A program made the position numbers and the translations under genes. Below are positions 32,943 to 45,821 of a stretch of DNA of 64,000 nt, in pieces; the first letter of the stretch is position 1, and each line of letters begins with the position of its first letter. The DNA is from Balanoglossus misakiensis (Eukaryota > Animalia > Hemichordata), in the NCBI GenBank assembly GCA_040954595.2, contig CM082592.2, positions 6,053,431 through 6,117,430 on the forward strand, given 5' to 3'. The notes below the pieces were generated by a model that was given only the letters and a program-made list of their open reading frames with translations, had not been told where the DNA came from and searched no databases.

Positions 32943-34088
32943 TTTCGGTCTCTTTCCACGGGCTCGCTCTCCGAAAGGCACGCGGGACGACCTCCTCTCC
33001 TCGGATCTGTGTTCCGAAGGTGGCGTATATATTTACAGCCAGCATGAATCAAGACAAGTGATAGGCACTTTGATTAAAGGGGCGGTACGTCTTAAAATAT
33101 GCAGACTCATGATGAGGAGTGATTATAACTCTACGGGAGTTTGTTTGCATACGAGATGGAATGGCGGTATCTCTCTGCTAATATCAATTTTTGTTACAAA
33201 TGTGCCAAAAGTCCACATTTCATCGGTCAAGAATAGTTAATAAATGACGTGGTCGATTGCTTTTTGTGAAGGAGAACGCTGATCTGATATGAACTGGACA
33301 TTGAACCGACTTTCGCTATCTGAGAACCTGTTTGCTTTCCGGACGGTAATCATTCCGACCGACAGGTCGAAATATTTGCTATGTAAACTAAAAGCAAATG
33401 CACAACGAGATTTTCCAAAGACAAGTGATCAAAGCAAATATTATCTCAAAACAAGCAACGATTCTGGGATAATAACCTGGTGTTTGGTATATTACACAAC
33501 TGGGACTTTGTTCTGGCGCGCGTTCTGGTGTCTCGTTCTCGTGAAAATCGATCCCCGTGTTGAACTAATGCTCTGTGTTGAATTTCAAGATAAGTTGACA
33601 CCAGACAGGTCGAGGGTGGAACTTGCCAACTCGTCATCATTTGTCTCATTCTCTTCTCTTGAAAGTCGACCCAGGCCTCGTGGTGAAGTAACACAAAGAG
33701 GATTTGACACCAGACGAGTTGGCCAGGTTCCTCAAGTCGTCGACCTTAGTCACTCTCCGGTGTCGAATTCTTACGAAATTCATCATTACATGTACTCCAT
33801 CTATCGCGAGGATCAATTACTATTCACATCGTCCGCTTCTGCGGTATGGAAACTAGTTGAACCGTCGTTTCACTTCTGTTGAATAAGACAGTGGTTCATA
33901 TACTAGTATATATGCACAGCTGACCCATTGTTTCCCTTTTTGTGCCTAATTAACAGTTACGTGCACAAACAAACTTGAACTCACAACTGACGTGTAAGAA
34001 TCATGACGAAGCAAAACAGAGAAAATTCCGTCTCAGTTTAGATTCTGACACTTCTTCGTTTGTGCTCTTCACTAAAATTGTGCACGAA

Positions 34089-34161
34089 GCCTCCTTAGCT
34101 CAGTGGTTAGAGCACTGGTCTTGTAAACCAGGGGTCGTGAGTTCGAATCTCACAGGGGGCT
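34089..34161 (+). tRNA. trnT-TGT: tRNA-Thr, anticodon TGT
   Basis: GCCTCCT/AGGGGGC acceptor stem, A-box TAGCTCAGTGG, anticodon arm CTGGT-CTTGTAA-ACCAG, T arm GTGAG-TTCGAAT-CTCAC. No encoded CCA. T5 Pol III terminator at 34174-34178. Confidence 0.96.
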
Positions 34162-34537
34162 AAAGAGATTAAGTTTTTGTGTAGAATTTTGTATGGCTAG
34201 TGAAGTCTTAGTGATATATATTTGTTATCATTTTGACAGTTTACCTTTACAAGTAAAGTTGTAGGTAGAATTGTGTTTATATTGTTCATAGACTTTTTTT
34301 GACGAAACAAAACCAGGGACTCTAAGTTTCATTGTGTGTACTATTTTTCAGCCATTTTTATTGCAATAGTTTCAATAAATATTATGTAAATATGACACTG
34401 ACTGTCAATCGAAAATGACGCCCTCACCTCCACACCCGTTTTGTAAATTCGGTGTCTACAACCCCCCCCCCCTCCTTGTCAAAAACACGGAGGCGCCCTA
34501 AACATTTTCAGTATATAGTGAGATGTAAAAAAGAGTT

Positions 34538-37100
34538 TCAGACGTTAACCTCATCTGCAGTATCGGCAATTCTGACGACATGGCGCCCGCCGCGCAGCGC
34601 GCACTTCTTAGCAACCATTAACAGGACGACGAAAACCAATATGGCGGACACAGTGAGACATGGCACGACATAGACGATCACTGAAATGGAAAACTTCTCG
34701 AATAAAATGCCCAGTATCCAAGGCAACACTATTTCAGAACCCGACGCAGCGACCATGAACGACGCCGTACACTTCCCCGTCAGAACCAGCTGCCGCTCTA
34801 TCCAACTTACGCTCGCTGGAAATATGGGAGCCATGGCAACGCCCAGTAAAACTATGGAGAGCCACAGGATCGGTACGTGACTGATCCCCAGTGTCATGAG
34901 TAAAAGTCCTCCAACGAAGCACCCGAAGAGACTAGTACTCAAGATAGTCCTCGGAGAAATTTTAGCCGCTATGCAGACACAAGAAGCGCGCGAAGCCGCG
35001 AAGAAACCCCAGAACGCGGAGTTCAGGTAACTGGCCAATTGGGGCGACAACCCAATGTCCGGCGAAGCGGCGAACATGTAAATGAAGTTTCCCAAGACAA
35101 CTTCGTGACCAATGTACAGGAAAAGAAAAACTCCGAGGAGGCTCAGTAGGCAGATTTTGACCGTCAGTTGAGTTGGATCTGCGAGGCTCTGTTGTAAATG
35201 CGCGTTGTCGGCCGCGGGAGTAACTCCCTTAAACCGTTCGCCGACTTTCTCTGGAGTTAAAATGTACAGGACGAAAAATGGCAGCGAGACGACCAGACAG
35301 AAACACGATACGACAAAGAACGGGACCCACAGATGAGTTTCCGAACTCGCGACATCACCATCGGGATTGTCTGGAATTATCCCACTTCTGACGTCGCGAC
35401 CACTTAATGCCGAAGAACCAGGATCATCTAGCACCGCGGTTGTTTGCAAAAATCCCACGTTGCCGAGCCTGGTCGTCGTGTCGGTACGGAAGGTGCTGGA
35501 CGAAAGCAAAGGCACCACGGTGCTTTCTGCGGCCGGTTGTGCGCGGTAACCCGGTGTCACCAGACCGAGCGAGGCCGTGTCCCTCGTCGCGTTGACTGTG
35601 CCGCCCGTAGTTGTCTGACCGACCAAGAAAGGCGAAACGACCAGCGGGGAGATTGTGGCCCCCACGGCAAATGCGAAGTACATCAGCTGCAGAAATGGAG
35701 CCGATCGTCGACCCCATAGCTTCACGCAGATCGTGTTGCCACCTGTTAGCGAGGGGAAAAGATCGACAGGCATTTTATCAATCATCATTCCTATGTACAC
35801 CACTTTAAGGTGTAGTGACACGAGTCCTTTTCATATCCGTATAATTAAATTGTTCCCACTAAAAAGCTGGCGATGTTATGAACAATACGCCAAGGTATTT
35901 TCGCATTTCATAATTACACATTACCTACTTAGCTACTGCAAATTTGCTTGTAAATCTGTTGCGATCATTACTGAATGATTATTTTACCAATACGCCACTC
36001 ACTGAGCCGTCGTCCGAACATAGGGCCGTATTTTGTGAAAAATCCTACATACGATCAGACTGATACGATAACGTCACAAGACTACAGATTTTGATGCAAA
36101 CACTGGAATAGCGCGATAAGGCACCCACCCCCTCAGAGCCTCGCAAAAAAAAAAGATGCGGGTTTTTGGCAATTTTGTTCTCATGATCCGTATTTTATCA
36201 TTGCTTACCTGTGTCGATACCTCCAAGGAAGACTCCAGAAAAGAACATTTGGACGAGGAGTGAGACCAGAGACGTTGCCCAGGGGATGAAGTACCCGGAC
36301 ACCCCGAGGCCGACGAGGGCAAATCCCAGGACCAGTTTACCGTCGAATTTATCGCAGAGGATGCCGCCGACCAGCGCGCCGACGAGGTAACCAAGGCTAC
36401 GAGCGGTGAAAATGAAGCTGATGAGTTGCAAGGACGATTTGACGTTGCGCTGAAGATCCACGAGACACGGTCCGACGATGGCTATCACCAGACCCTACAC
36501 AGTTAACATAAGAGCATTTGTGTTAAAATTTGCCTGGTATACAGACGGCTTAATATAAGACTGTCCAACATTCTGTGTTTGTGGAAGCATTTCTCTAGGG
36601 TCTATGGTGGAAGGCAGCAATTTGTGGTGTAACAACCGACTGTGGGGGGATTATGCAGAACGTATCGTTGCGGACATTAGGAGTTTCCATATAAATGCTT
36701 TCACAACTTATGTTCTGAATTGAACCAATACGCGCCATGCATGAGTTCATACAAAGAATTGTGCTAGCCATCCTCTCGCTTCACAAGTCAACCCTTCAAA
36801 AATTCAAAAACGTGCATATACCAGAGTGAAAAATGATGCACACAGCGCGGCCGTCGTCAACTCGCGGTGGGCAACTTCTCGTTTAGTTTTCGAATCAACC
36901 ACCGCTGGTGGCGCTACTGTCATGGCTTCTTCGTGATGGCTATCGGGTATGACGACTGGTCTTTCTCTGGCGAAAGTCTCATCGTTCGATTGTGTCCATG
37001 ATTCACATTTGTTATCACGGTGAGGGCAAGTAGAATAATCGAGTCTTTCAAAACTCATGTAAACATTATCCAGTGAACGACAAAATTTGACATTCTGCAT
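34538..37100 (-). CDS. Major facilitator superfamily transporter, MFSD4/NAGLT1 (sodium-dependent glucose transporter 1)-like, ~589 aa
   Basis: Exons 37100-36822, 36494-36209, 35742-34538 sum to 1770 nt in frame. Motifs: LGLVIAIVGPCLVDL, IFTARSLGYLVGALVGG, GGIDTGGNTICVKLWG..SAPFLQLMYFAFAVGATISPL, FLYIGHEVVLG, SAFWGFFAASR, MAPIFP. About 12 hydrophobic segments. Start codon uncertain. Confidence 0.88.
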
Positions 37101-37386
37101 CTCTAATTCCTTGTACAGTAGCTGCGGTGATGAGACTTCTGGGGCGCACACTTTCCAAAGTGTGCGTCAACTTGTCAGTTTCCTGAGCTGTCTTCCCATT
37201 CACTGAAATAAAAGAAAATCGTTGGCAGTTATATATTCGCTGTGGAAACGTAGGGTAATCTTCCTCTAGTAATTTTTTTTTATTTGTCTGCACGTTTTTA
37301 TATTCGACTGGGTGCCGTGCAAGCCCATAAGCACTTTGCGAACACAGGAAAAACAGAAGAAAAATATAGCTGCAAGCAGCGATGAC

Positions 37387-38761
37387 GGGCACAAGCTTAA
37401 GCCGAAGGTCAAAGGTCATATGTGGTCACCCAAAATTTGGGCAAAAAGTTTTGACCCCCATACTAGTCCAGGTCCAACAGAAACCTGACCTCTAGCCCTA
37501 TTGGTTTGTCTGAAATTAGAAATGCACATAATTAATGATGTAAAGTGTAAGACTCAATTAATAGTTCGATCCATCCAAACACAAATGATGTACCTGTTCT
37601 GGATGCCGAGATATAGCAAAGTAGGTCAAATGTCACCTGAGGTCACCCAAAATTTGGGAAAAATTTTTGACCCCATACTGATCCATGTCCCACAAGAACA
37701 AAACCTCTAGCCCTATTGGTTAGCCTGGAATTAGGTATGCACATAATTAATGAGATATGCAGGTGTCACAGGTGACCCCCAATTTTGGCTTTTCAATTTT
37801 AGTCCCAACCCTCCAAACGCCAAGTCTGTGCCTGCTCTGGTTGCCAAGATATGGTAAATTAGGTCAAAGGTCACATGAGGTCATGCAAAATTTGGGCAAG
37901 AAATTTTTACCCTATACTGGTCCATGTTCAACAAAAATCAAACCTCTAACCCCATTGGTTAGCCTGGAATTAGGTATGCACATAATTAATGAGATAAGCA
38001 GGTGTCACAGGTGACCTTCAATTTTGTCTTTTCAATTTTAGTCACAACCCTCCAAACGCCAAGTCTGTACCTGCTGTGAATGCCGAGATATAGGAAAGTA
38101 GGTCAAAGGTCACCTGAGGTCACCTAAAATTGGGCAAAAATTTTTGATCCCATACTGGTCCATGTCCCACAAGAACAAAACCTCTAGCCCTATTAGTTAG
38201 CCTGAAATTAGGTATGCACATATTTAATGAGTTAAGCAGGTGTTACAGGTGAGCCCAAAATTTTGCCTTTTATTGTGGTCCCATTCTGCTCACGGGCCAA
38301 TAGAGAGTCACTGTACAGGACCATTGCACAGCCAACGTGGACATAGCGTGATAGCTTAACTATAGAAAGTATAGGCCTATGGCTGGGTCCAAAAATATGA
38401 AAAATAAAAAAATCTTCTTCTCAAAATAGACTTGGCCCACGGCCTTGACATTTGGCATGTAGGACACTGACCACATGGTCTGCAAAAATCTCTAAAAGAA
38501 TTTTGATATCTCCATTCATATGCAAATTAGGCCAATTTAAAAAATTTGCCCATATATGGTCATCAGGTCACATGACTTATTAAACATTCACGAGGGTACA
38601 GCACCAGCTCTCATAGGCCTGCACCACTGTGCCAAGTTTGAGATTTGTAGGTTCAGCCGTTTTCAAGATCCTGTTGGGCAAAAAAACGACACAAGAAAAA
38701 AAAAAAGAAGAAAAAACCCAGTAATACCAATAGGGCACAAGCCTGCTTGGCTTGTGCCCTA
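37387..38761. mobile_element. Non-autonomous Helentron/HINE-like element with internal tandem repeats
   Basis: GGGCACAAGC at 37387-37396 recurs in a perfect 13-bp terminal hairpin TAGGGCACAAGCC-tgctt-GGCTTGTGCCCTA (38731-38761), which is preceded by an A-rich tract. About 3.7 internal repeats of 217-239 bp. No coding capacity. Family assignment is from structure only. Confidence 0.65.
37406..38270. repeat. ~238-bp tandem repeat, about 3.7 copies
   Basis: Units start with AGGTCAAA(G/T)GTCA at 37406, 37623, 37861 and 38100. They share ccaaaatttgggc..tttgacccc, cctctagccctattggttagcctggaattaggtatgcacataattaatgag and similar blocks. Confidence 0.9.
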
Positions 38762-39335
38762 AAAACAATGTGTGCGTGTTCTGTCTGTGTGTGTGGGGGG
38801 GGGGGGGTTGCGTGTGGGTGTATCTGTCACAGTTGACTGTAATAACGCCGATCAAACGAGAGCCACAGTATCCTTGACGCTAATTTTAGTATCTGGTATA
38901 TGTGTTATTGCAATACGGCCTCGCAGTGACAAAGGAGGTGTAGTTTTACATGGCATTGTACTTTTTGGCTATTCTATGTTAATTTGCTCGGGTTCTTATC
39001 TTTAGTTGGGTCACGTTACGTCAAATACGGCCTTGACTGCTCCGCTTACACTCCGTATAGTGGTTGTTGTGCCACATTCTTCGCTTATTATAGAGCCACC
39101 GCCTGTGGAAATTCTCTGTGTACGCGTATATTTTTAGCACACGAAAAGGCAAATTAGCCTGCGCGATCTGATATTCGGAGTTGGAGGTATATTTTCACCT
39201 GATTGACAGCTGACCCGTGACGTTCTGCGATAAATGCGCTAGTGACAGTGTAAAATAAAATGAAAACACGGGCGTTTTGGCGCATAAACCCCATTTTCGA
39301 TGCAGTGAAGTGAAAAAAAAATCTTGCATACTCAC

Positions 39336-39773
39336 TGTCACTACGCCTACACAGCGACATGAATGAAGGTCACTGCCTTGTCCCAGAGGCACCCAAGGCC
39401 TGCACTGTATTCAGGAGAATGTTTTAAATACAGTGAATTCGCACATAAATTATACATGCATACAATAGGATGAATATTTATTATTCTGGTCAAAGGTTGA
39501 CTTAGTATCACGCAGTTGGCTGGTGCCAACCCATATCAACTGTGGGAGCCAATAGAGCAATAAAATTAAATGTCAAACTCGCGTCTTGTAGTGCGCCGCC
39601 AAGCGTCCGGGTTAGAGCGCTTGGTCCGTCGTCTGCGGGCGTACGCGCGTGTTCGATTGCGCAAAAAATAAACACGCGCGCGTGATGATGGGATGTTACC
39701 GGATGTTACTTCAAAGACACCTTGGTGGGCTGGAGGTTAGCATTTAGTGCCAAAGGCACCCGCATATTGACAG
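39336..39773. promoter_or_regulatory. Putative bidirectional promoter with first non-coding exons of the MFS transporter (-) and SUOX (+)
   Basis: CpG/GCGC-rich patch 39580-39690 and CCAAT at 39549-39553. Plus-strand donor CAG|GTGAGT after 39773. Minus-strand donor GTGAGT at 39335-39330. Matching acceptors at 43135-43136 (+) and ~37203 (-). Confidence 0.5.
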
Positions 39774-42700
39774 GTGAGTATTGGCATTTTAAGAATAACA
39801 GGCCCGCAATGTTGTTGGGTTGAAGTTTTGTGAACGAAATAGCGTGCAGCATGCTCCGGTAAAAGTAATTTCTGAACGAAATCGTGAAAATTGTGCGGCA
39901 GTTGCGTTGTTGATTGTCGTCTGTAATCACGTCATTGAAAAAAACAACAACAACAACCTTGTACGGTACGCACGCATTGTTCACTTTTTGTTTCAAGACA
40001 ACTGTCGGGAAATGTTTGAATTAAATACAAGCAGTCCTCAATGCTGACTGGTCCTGAGCTGGCATGGTTATAGTATTGGAAGGGACCGGGCTCACAACTT
40101 GGGCGTGCAGTTTACCGGGTTTGTTTTCCAAGGCAGCCATGTTGGCATGGCCTTGAGCTGGGGGTCATGCGTGGCACAGGCACTGTCTATCAAATCATAC
40201 ATCATGGGCATGTGATGTGTGGCAGCAATGCAGCATAATATGGTATTTTCTAAATTATTTAATATACAAAACCTGTGGGTTAATACAAAGTACAAACTGG
40301 GGTGTTCATGGCAAATAATAATTCAGTCAATCAGTGCCTGCTTTAATAGAGTAGCAGAATGTCCAACTTCCAAGGACATTGCGTGATTGACCCCAAACAG
40401 GGTCACGAAAAGAGGTATGAAACAACACAGTAAACAAATGCAACTCCCCTGGCTAGCTCAAAGGTTCAGTGGTCATCTCTGATCCTTATGGGCCAGCCAG
40501 TGATGTCAGTTATGGGAAACACTTGGTTTTTCTGATGAGTTATAAACTTTGCAAGTAGCCTTACATGTACTGGTTTTACATTACATTGATGCTACATAGA
40601 GGCATGTGTATATTGACAGTGATGAAGTCACCAGAAAATCTTTAACGTTTTATTGTGTTGTCACCATTTTCAGAGCATACCAGGATGTGTTCTACATTCT
40701 GTGTCAGGAATCTTTAATATCAAGCTACCTCAATATTAAACTGTCATTGTGTTTAATAATAACCATGGTGATGAGAGAGAATGAATAACTTCTACAATGC
40801 ATTGTGACTTGGAGACCAAAGGTCATTTAATTGTAAACATGTTATGTGTATGCATTGAAGTATTGAACTCTTTGACCCCTGTCCCCCTTTTCCTAGTAAG
40901 GTAGTTTGTCAGTACATGTAAAACTTAGAAATGTGTTAAATATGTTAAATATGTACATGTACCTGTAGGTTCAATGAGCTGACGTCTGTAAGAAAGCTTT
41001 TTATTGGGCATAATCTGACAGAAAATACAGGTATTATGAATATGCACTAGCCCATTCTGCCAATCAATGCACATGTTACAAAAGACTGACGGCATGGTTG
41101 GTGTTAGGTTCAACATCTTTCATCCGTATGACGGATGGCATCGAAAAGGATACGTCATGATGTCACAGAAAGTGGGGCAATGTAATGTGCTCTACAATCG
41201 GTGACACGTCTGTCTGACGTCGAATCTGTGACATTCTTGATGCATTTTCTTTTAAGTCATGTAACTTATCGTAACTTTGTTTTCTGGTGGAAAGGTTATA
41301 CTTTTATGCTTCACTTTTACTTGGCAAGATATATTCACATTCCAATATGATGCTTTCTTGGCAGCCATTTTTTGGGGTGCACCTGAAATTGTATTGTTTC
41401 ATTGCTACACTCAGTTTGATGCGCAAGTGTATAACAACCATCCCTCAGTGTGAAAAATAACAATGTAATAACTATTTTGTCACTAAAATTATGAAATTAA
41501 TGTGGTCCTTTGCCACCTGGGCTTTAGTTCAGATGGAATGAAAATATCCAGCATATGTTTGTATTGTCCCCCCCCCCCCCCCCAAAAAAAAAATAGAAGA
41601 TTAAAAAACAGCAAAAAGTATGCATGAGTCAAGAAAACATCTATGCCATGTGATGTTATTGAAAATAATCATTCTCTGCTCTCGTTGGCAAGTTTCCATA
41701 TTCAAATGTGATCCCTGGAAACCTGACAAAAATAAAAATATATGGCGTGCATTGCCCTCTGATGGACTGCACAGACACACATGACTGGTTTGAACTGGTT
41801 TGCTCAGCTGATACAGTAGAAAAACAACAACACTTGCGTGAGTTTGCAGTGCCTGGCATATGCTGTGCAGTTCGAATCCATCCCCTGATGTCAAGGTTTT
41901 CTCTCGCCAACCTTCCATGTAGGTGAAAATACTTTTCTAGGCATTTTCTGCCTCGTTGAACTGTACCCTGGATGAATTGTTGGATTGTGTTGGGAATACC
42001 TCAGTCGTGAGAGTGTAGATCACTGAGGTGAATTTTTATTTGAATTCTGTTTTGGTTGACGAGGGTAGGTAGACTTTGTTTGGGAATCTGTGCTGGCGTG
42101 GTGACAATGATGTTTGGGAATGTGTCCTCAAATGACCTTTGTGTAGAAGGTGACAGTGAAGTAGACACCAGGAAGTAGGTCGGTCTCAAGTCATTTCTCT
42201 GACATGCCTGTGAACCAATTTCATTCAAACTGCGGGACATTGTGTCGCAACGTGAATTAATATGGCTACCAGGCAGCCATGTTGTTATGACATGATATTT
42301 TCGTGTGTGGAGCCAAAATCGTCCAGACGTGGCTGAACTGATCCAATTCAAAGTTGGTAGTCGAACAAAGGCAGTGGTACTGTTTTGTGGTTACAAAAGC
42401 GATCTGGACAAACATGTAACACGTGATCCATTTGGGTAATCTGTCGATGAAACAATAGTTGCGTCATGATGTGAGAATTTGTCAACACTGGTGATTCTTG
42501 AAAAATGCACACAGCAGCTGCGAGACTTATAAAATGATTACTGCACTGCTATCAGTTCAGTTTCCACTCTGAATAACTGCACACTGTTTTCAAGCCAGTA
42601 CATTTTCTGCTATCTAAAAAATAATGCATTTTCAGCATATGCGTACTGTACACACGATGTCATGTTTTCTGCAGGTACAATGCTATTTTCACTCTCTGCA

Positions 42701-43210
42701 ATGTGGAGTGCTTCAGGCTATACTGCTTTCATTATAAATCCCTTTTCGGCCAAAATTGTAATTCATGGATTTATAAGTGAGATATGAACAGTGTTTGTAT
42801 TTAAAAGAAATGTCTATTACAGTTGGTGTTTGTTTCACTGAGTTACTGGTAATCTATTTCAGCGCTCGCTTGCTCTCTCTCTCTCTTTCAGATAAAATTT
42901 GACCAACACCAGTCTCTCTGCCTCTGTCTGTTTGTCACTCACACTCTGTCTGTCTGTCCCCCCGTCACACGTACAAATCCACCATTCTTAGCCACATACA
43001 CTGCAATGAGAGATTACGTGAGAACAGAATCATGTTGTGTGAAATGTTATTTAATCAACCCTAAATATGTCCACATTTCCAAATGTTTGCATATGCAATA
43101 TTGACAATATCTTCTCCTCGTGTTTGTTCTCAACAGAAGTGCCGTGCTGCTGAGGTGAAAACGTACACATGTAAAGGAGGGTTGTCGTTGAAACGGCGGC
43201 AGTCGGGGGA

Positions 43211-45821
43211 ATGTCTATCAAGATGCTGTCCAGTGCGCCAACCGTCGTCAGGAGTTTGGGAGTGCGATGCCCTCTGCTCTTGAGGTAAGCTGTGCACTCC
43301 ATGCAGTCATTCATTGCTTACATTTCATCCGTCATGTGACAACCATGTGACAGATAGAGTGTCGTCCATTGGGTCCTGGTCTCTGGTCAGCCAAAATCAC
43401 AGCTGGGCAGTTTGCATTGGACGACCTGATACCTCTGTTGAGAAAGGAGGTTTATTATCTGATGACATTTGACAAGTATTGTTTTTCTATTGATTGGACT
43501 CAAGGTTATAGTTACAGAGGGGTGGTATTGTAAACCGTTGCAAAACGGGACTGCAATCTTATATCCATTCATCAGGATCAGATATGCATCTGTGGATATG
43601 TTTATAAACAAACAAAACCATGTGATTCATAGGCTGGCAACTGAACAATATTTTTTTGATTCGATGGCCTTCAGAATCGTGATTATAAAGATTAATCATG
43701 GATGTTTAATGGTGAATAAAAGCAATATTGTATATTAAATCAAATTTTTTCCCTTCGCCACAGGAGCAGTGGTCTCAGGTCTTACCCAAACCCACTGGCA
43801 GTTTCAACTATACCTATATACAGGTGAGTTTAGACAAAATCACTGGTTTATATTTCTGTTAAAAAATCAGATTTCGAGTACATGTAGATGAGAAGTATAC
43901 AGTGTGCCTCGCATACCATTAACAGCAGTAGTTTTAAAATTTATTGCAATTGAAACCAAATGTCCCACAGTTGAGATTTATCTTTTTGTATGTAAGTTGT
44001 AACTCTCCTCTTGTATTTTATTCTGAACTAGTTCTTACCATGAGTTTCTACTTTTTGTTTGATTTCAGATATGCCTCAGCACTGTCAGGGAAGGATTTGA
44101 CCCACCCACAACCGTTGGGTCAGCGAATCGAATCCAGGAATTACCAACACTGGCAGAACTCTGGAAGGAGGAACTTCTCCACTGCGTCCATACCGAAGCC
44201 GACACGGTTCAGTTTGATCGTGAGTGCCACCGCGGCCGCCGTCGGAGGATTGGCGTTGATGCTGTACTGGCAGCAGGAAGACACTCACGCCGGCGCGAAG
44301 AGGAGCATCGAAGCGGCCGGAATCGTGGCGCGGGATGTGGCCACCGTCATGGAAGACGAGCCGGGAATCCCGAAGTCGCCCGAGGAGGAGGTCGGAGCCG
44401 GGTCGGCCGTCCCCGGCCTGCCGAGTTACACGGAGGGCGAGGTGGCCCACCACGACGACCTGGCCAAGGGCGTGTGGTGCACCTACAAGGATGCCGTCTA
44501 CAACATCACCGAGTTTGTGAACGCTCACCCGGGCGGCGACCGCATCATGATGGCGGCCGGCGGCGCCCTGGAACCCTTCTGGGAGGTCTTCGAGATCCAC
44601 AAGACCAAGCTGGTCTACGAGCAGCTGGAGAAGTACCGCATCGGCAACCTCTCCAGGGAGGGGCGCACCGCGCGGGAGAGGGACGCCAACGACCCGTTCG
44701 GGAACGACCCCCTCCGACACCCGGCCATCATCCCGAGCTCGAAGAAGCCCTTCAACGGGGAGCCCCCGTCGGACATCCTCGTGGAGAAGTACATCACTCC
44801 GAAGAGCTTCTTCTACATCCGCAACCACCTTCCCGTGCCGGACGTGGATCTCGCCGACTACAGCCTGATCGTCGAATCGGAGGACGGGCGCGACACCCTT
44901 GAGTTATCCTACGACCAGCTCAAGAAGTTCAAGAAGCACACCATCACGGCGACTCTGCAGTGCGCGGGCAACCGAAGAAGCGACATGGCCCGGTACAGGA
45001 AGGTCAAAGGTCTCAACTGGAAGCAGTCGGCCATCGGGACGGCCAGATTCACGGGCGTGCGATTGAGGGACGTCCTGCTGCACGCTGGCATTAAAGAGGA
45101 TGATCCGGACGTCAAGCACATTCAGTTCGAGGGGCTGGACACGGATCCGTTCACGTCGGAGCAGTACGGCGCCTCCATCCCGATCAAGAAGGCCATGGAC
45201 CCCGAGGGCGACGTGCTCCTGGCGTTCGAGATGAACGGCGAACCGCTGACGCGCGACCACGGCTACCCGCTGCGGGTCATCGTGCCGGGTTACGTCGGCG
45301 CCCGCAACGTCAAGTGGCTGACCCGGATCATCGCGTCCGACGAGGAGAGCCAGAGCCACTGGCAGCAGAACGATTACAAGGGATTTTCGCCGTCGGTCAC
45401 CTTGGAGACGGCCGACTACTCGCAAGAGACGGCCATCCAGGAGTACCCGGTCCAGTCGGCTATCTGCGTGCCGATGGACGGGGCCAAGATCGCGCCTGAC
45501 AACGGCGAGATCAACTTGAAGGGGTACGCCTGGAGCGGCGGCGGTCGAAGCATTCTCCGGGTGGACGTGTCGGTCGACGGCGGCAAGACGTGGCAGCGGG
45601 CGGCGCTGCAGCACGAGCCGCAGTCGTACGGTCGCAACTGGGCGTGGTCGCTCTGGGAGATCAGCGTTCCCATTCCGGAGAACCACAGGGGGGAGCTGCA
45701 ACTGGTCTGCAAGGCCGTCGACTCCGCCTACAACGTGCAGCCCAACAGCTTCGACGGACACTGGAATTTCCGTGGCGTCCTGGCCAATGCCTGGAGCCGA
45801 TCCAAAGTCGTGATTGAGTGA
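43211..45821 (+). CDS. SUOX: Sulfite oxidase, mitochondrial (cytochrome b5 + Moco + dimerisation domains), ~628 aa
   Basis: Exons 43211-43284, 43764-43823, 44069-45821 sum to 1887 nt in frame. Arg/Ser-rich transit peptide and a hydrophobic stretch, heme motif FVNAHPGG, FFYIRNHLPVP, Mo-ligand LQCAGNRR, DHGYPLRVIVPGYVGARNVKW, GYAWSGGG, RVDVSVDGG, WNFRGVLANAW. Confidence 0.96.

Noticed and set aside
37406-38270. Common origin of the 238-bp element repeat and the 88-bp satellite
   Set aside because: They share only generic A/T tracts (ccaaaattt) and have no alignable core by eye.
43944-44068. N-terminal part of the 625-aa SUOX ORF; likewise the ORF-track starts of MFS (35821) and PRODH (16847)
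   Set aside because: These are intronic or UTR read-through. Canonical splice sites and upstream ATG exons give better models.
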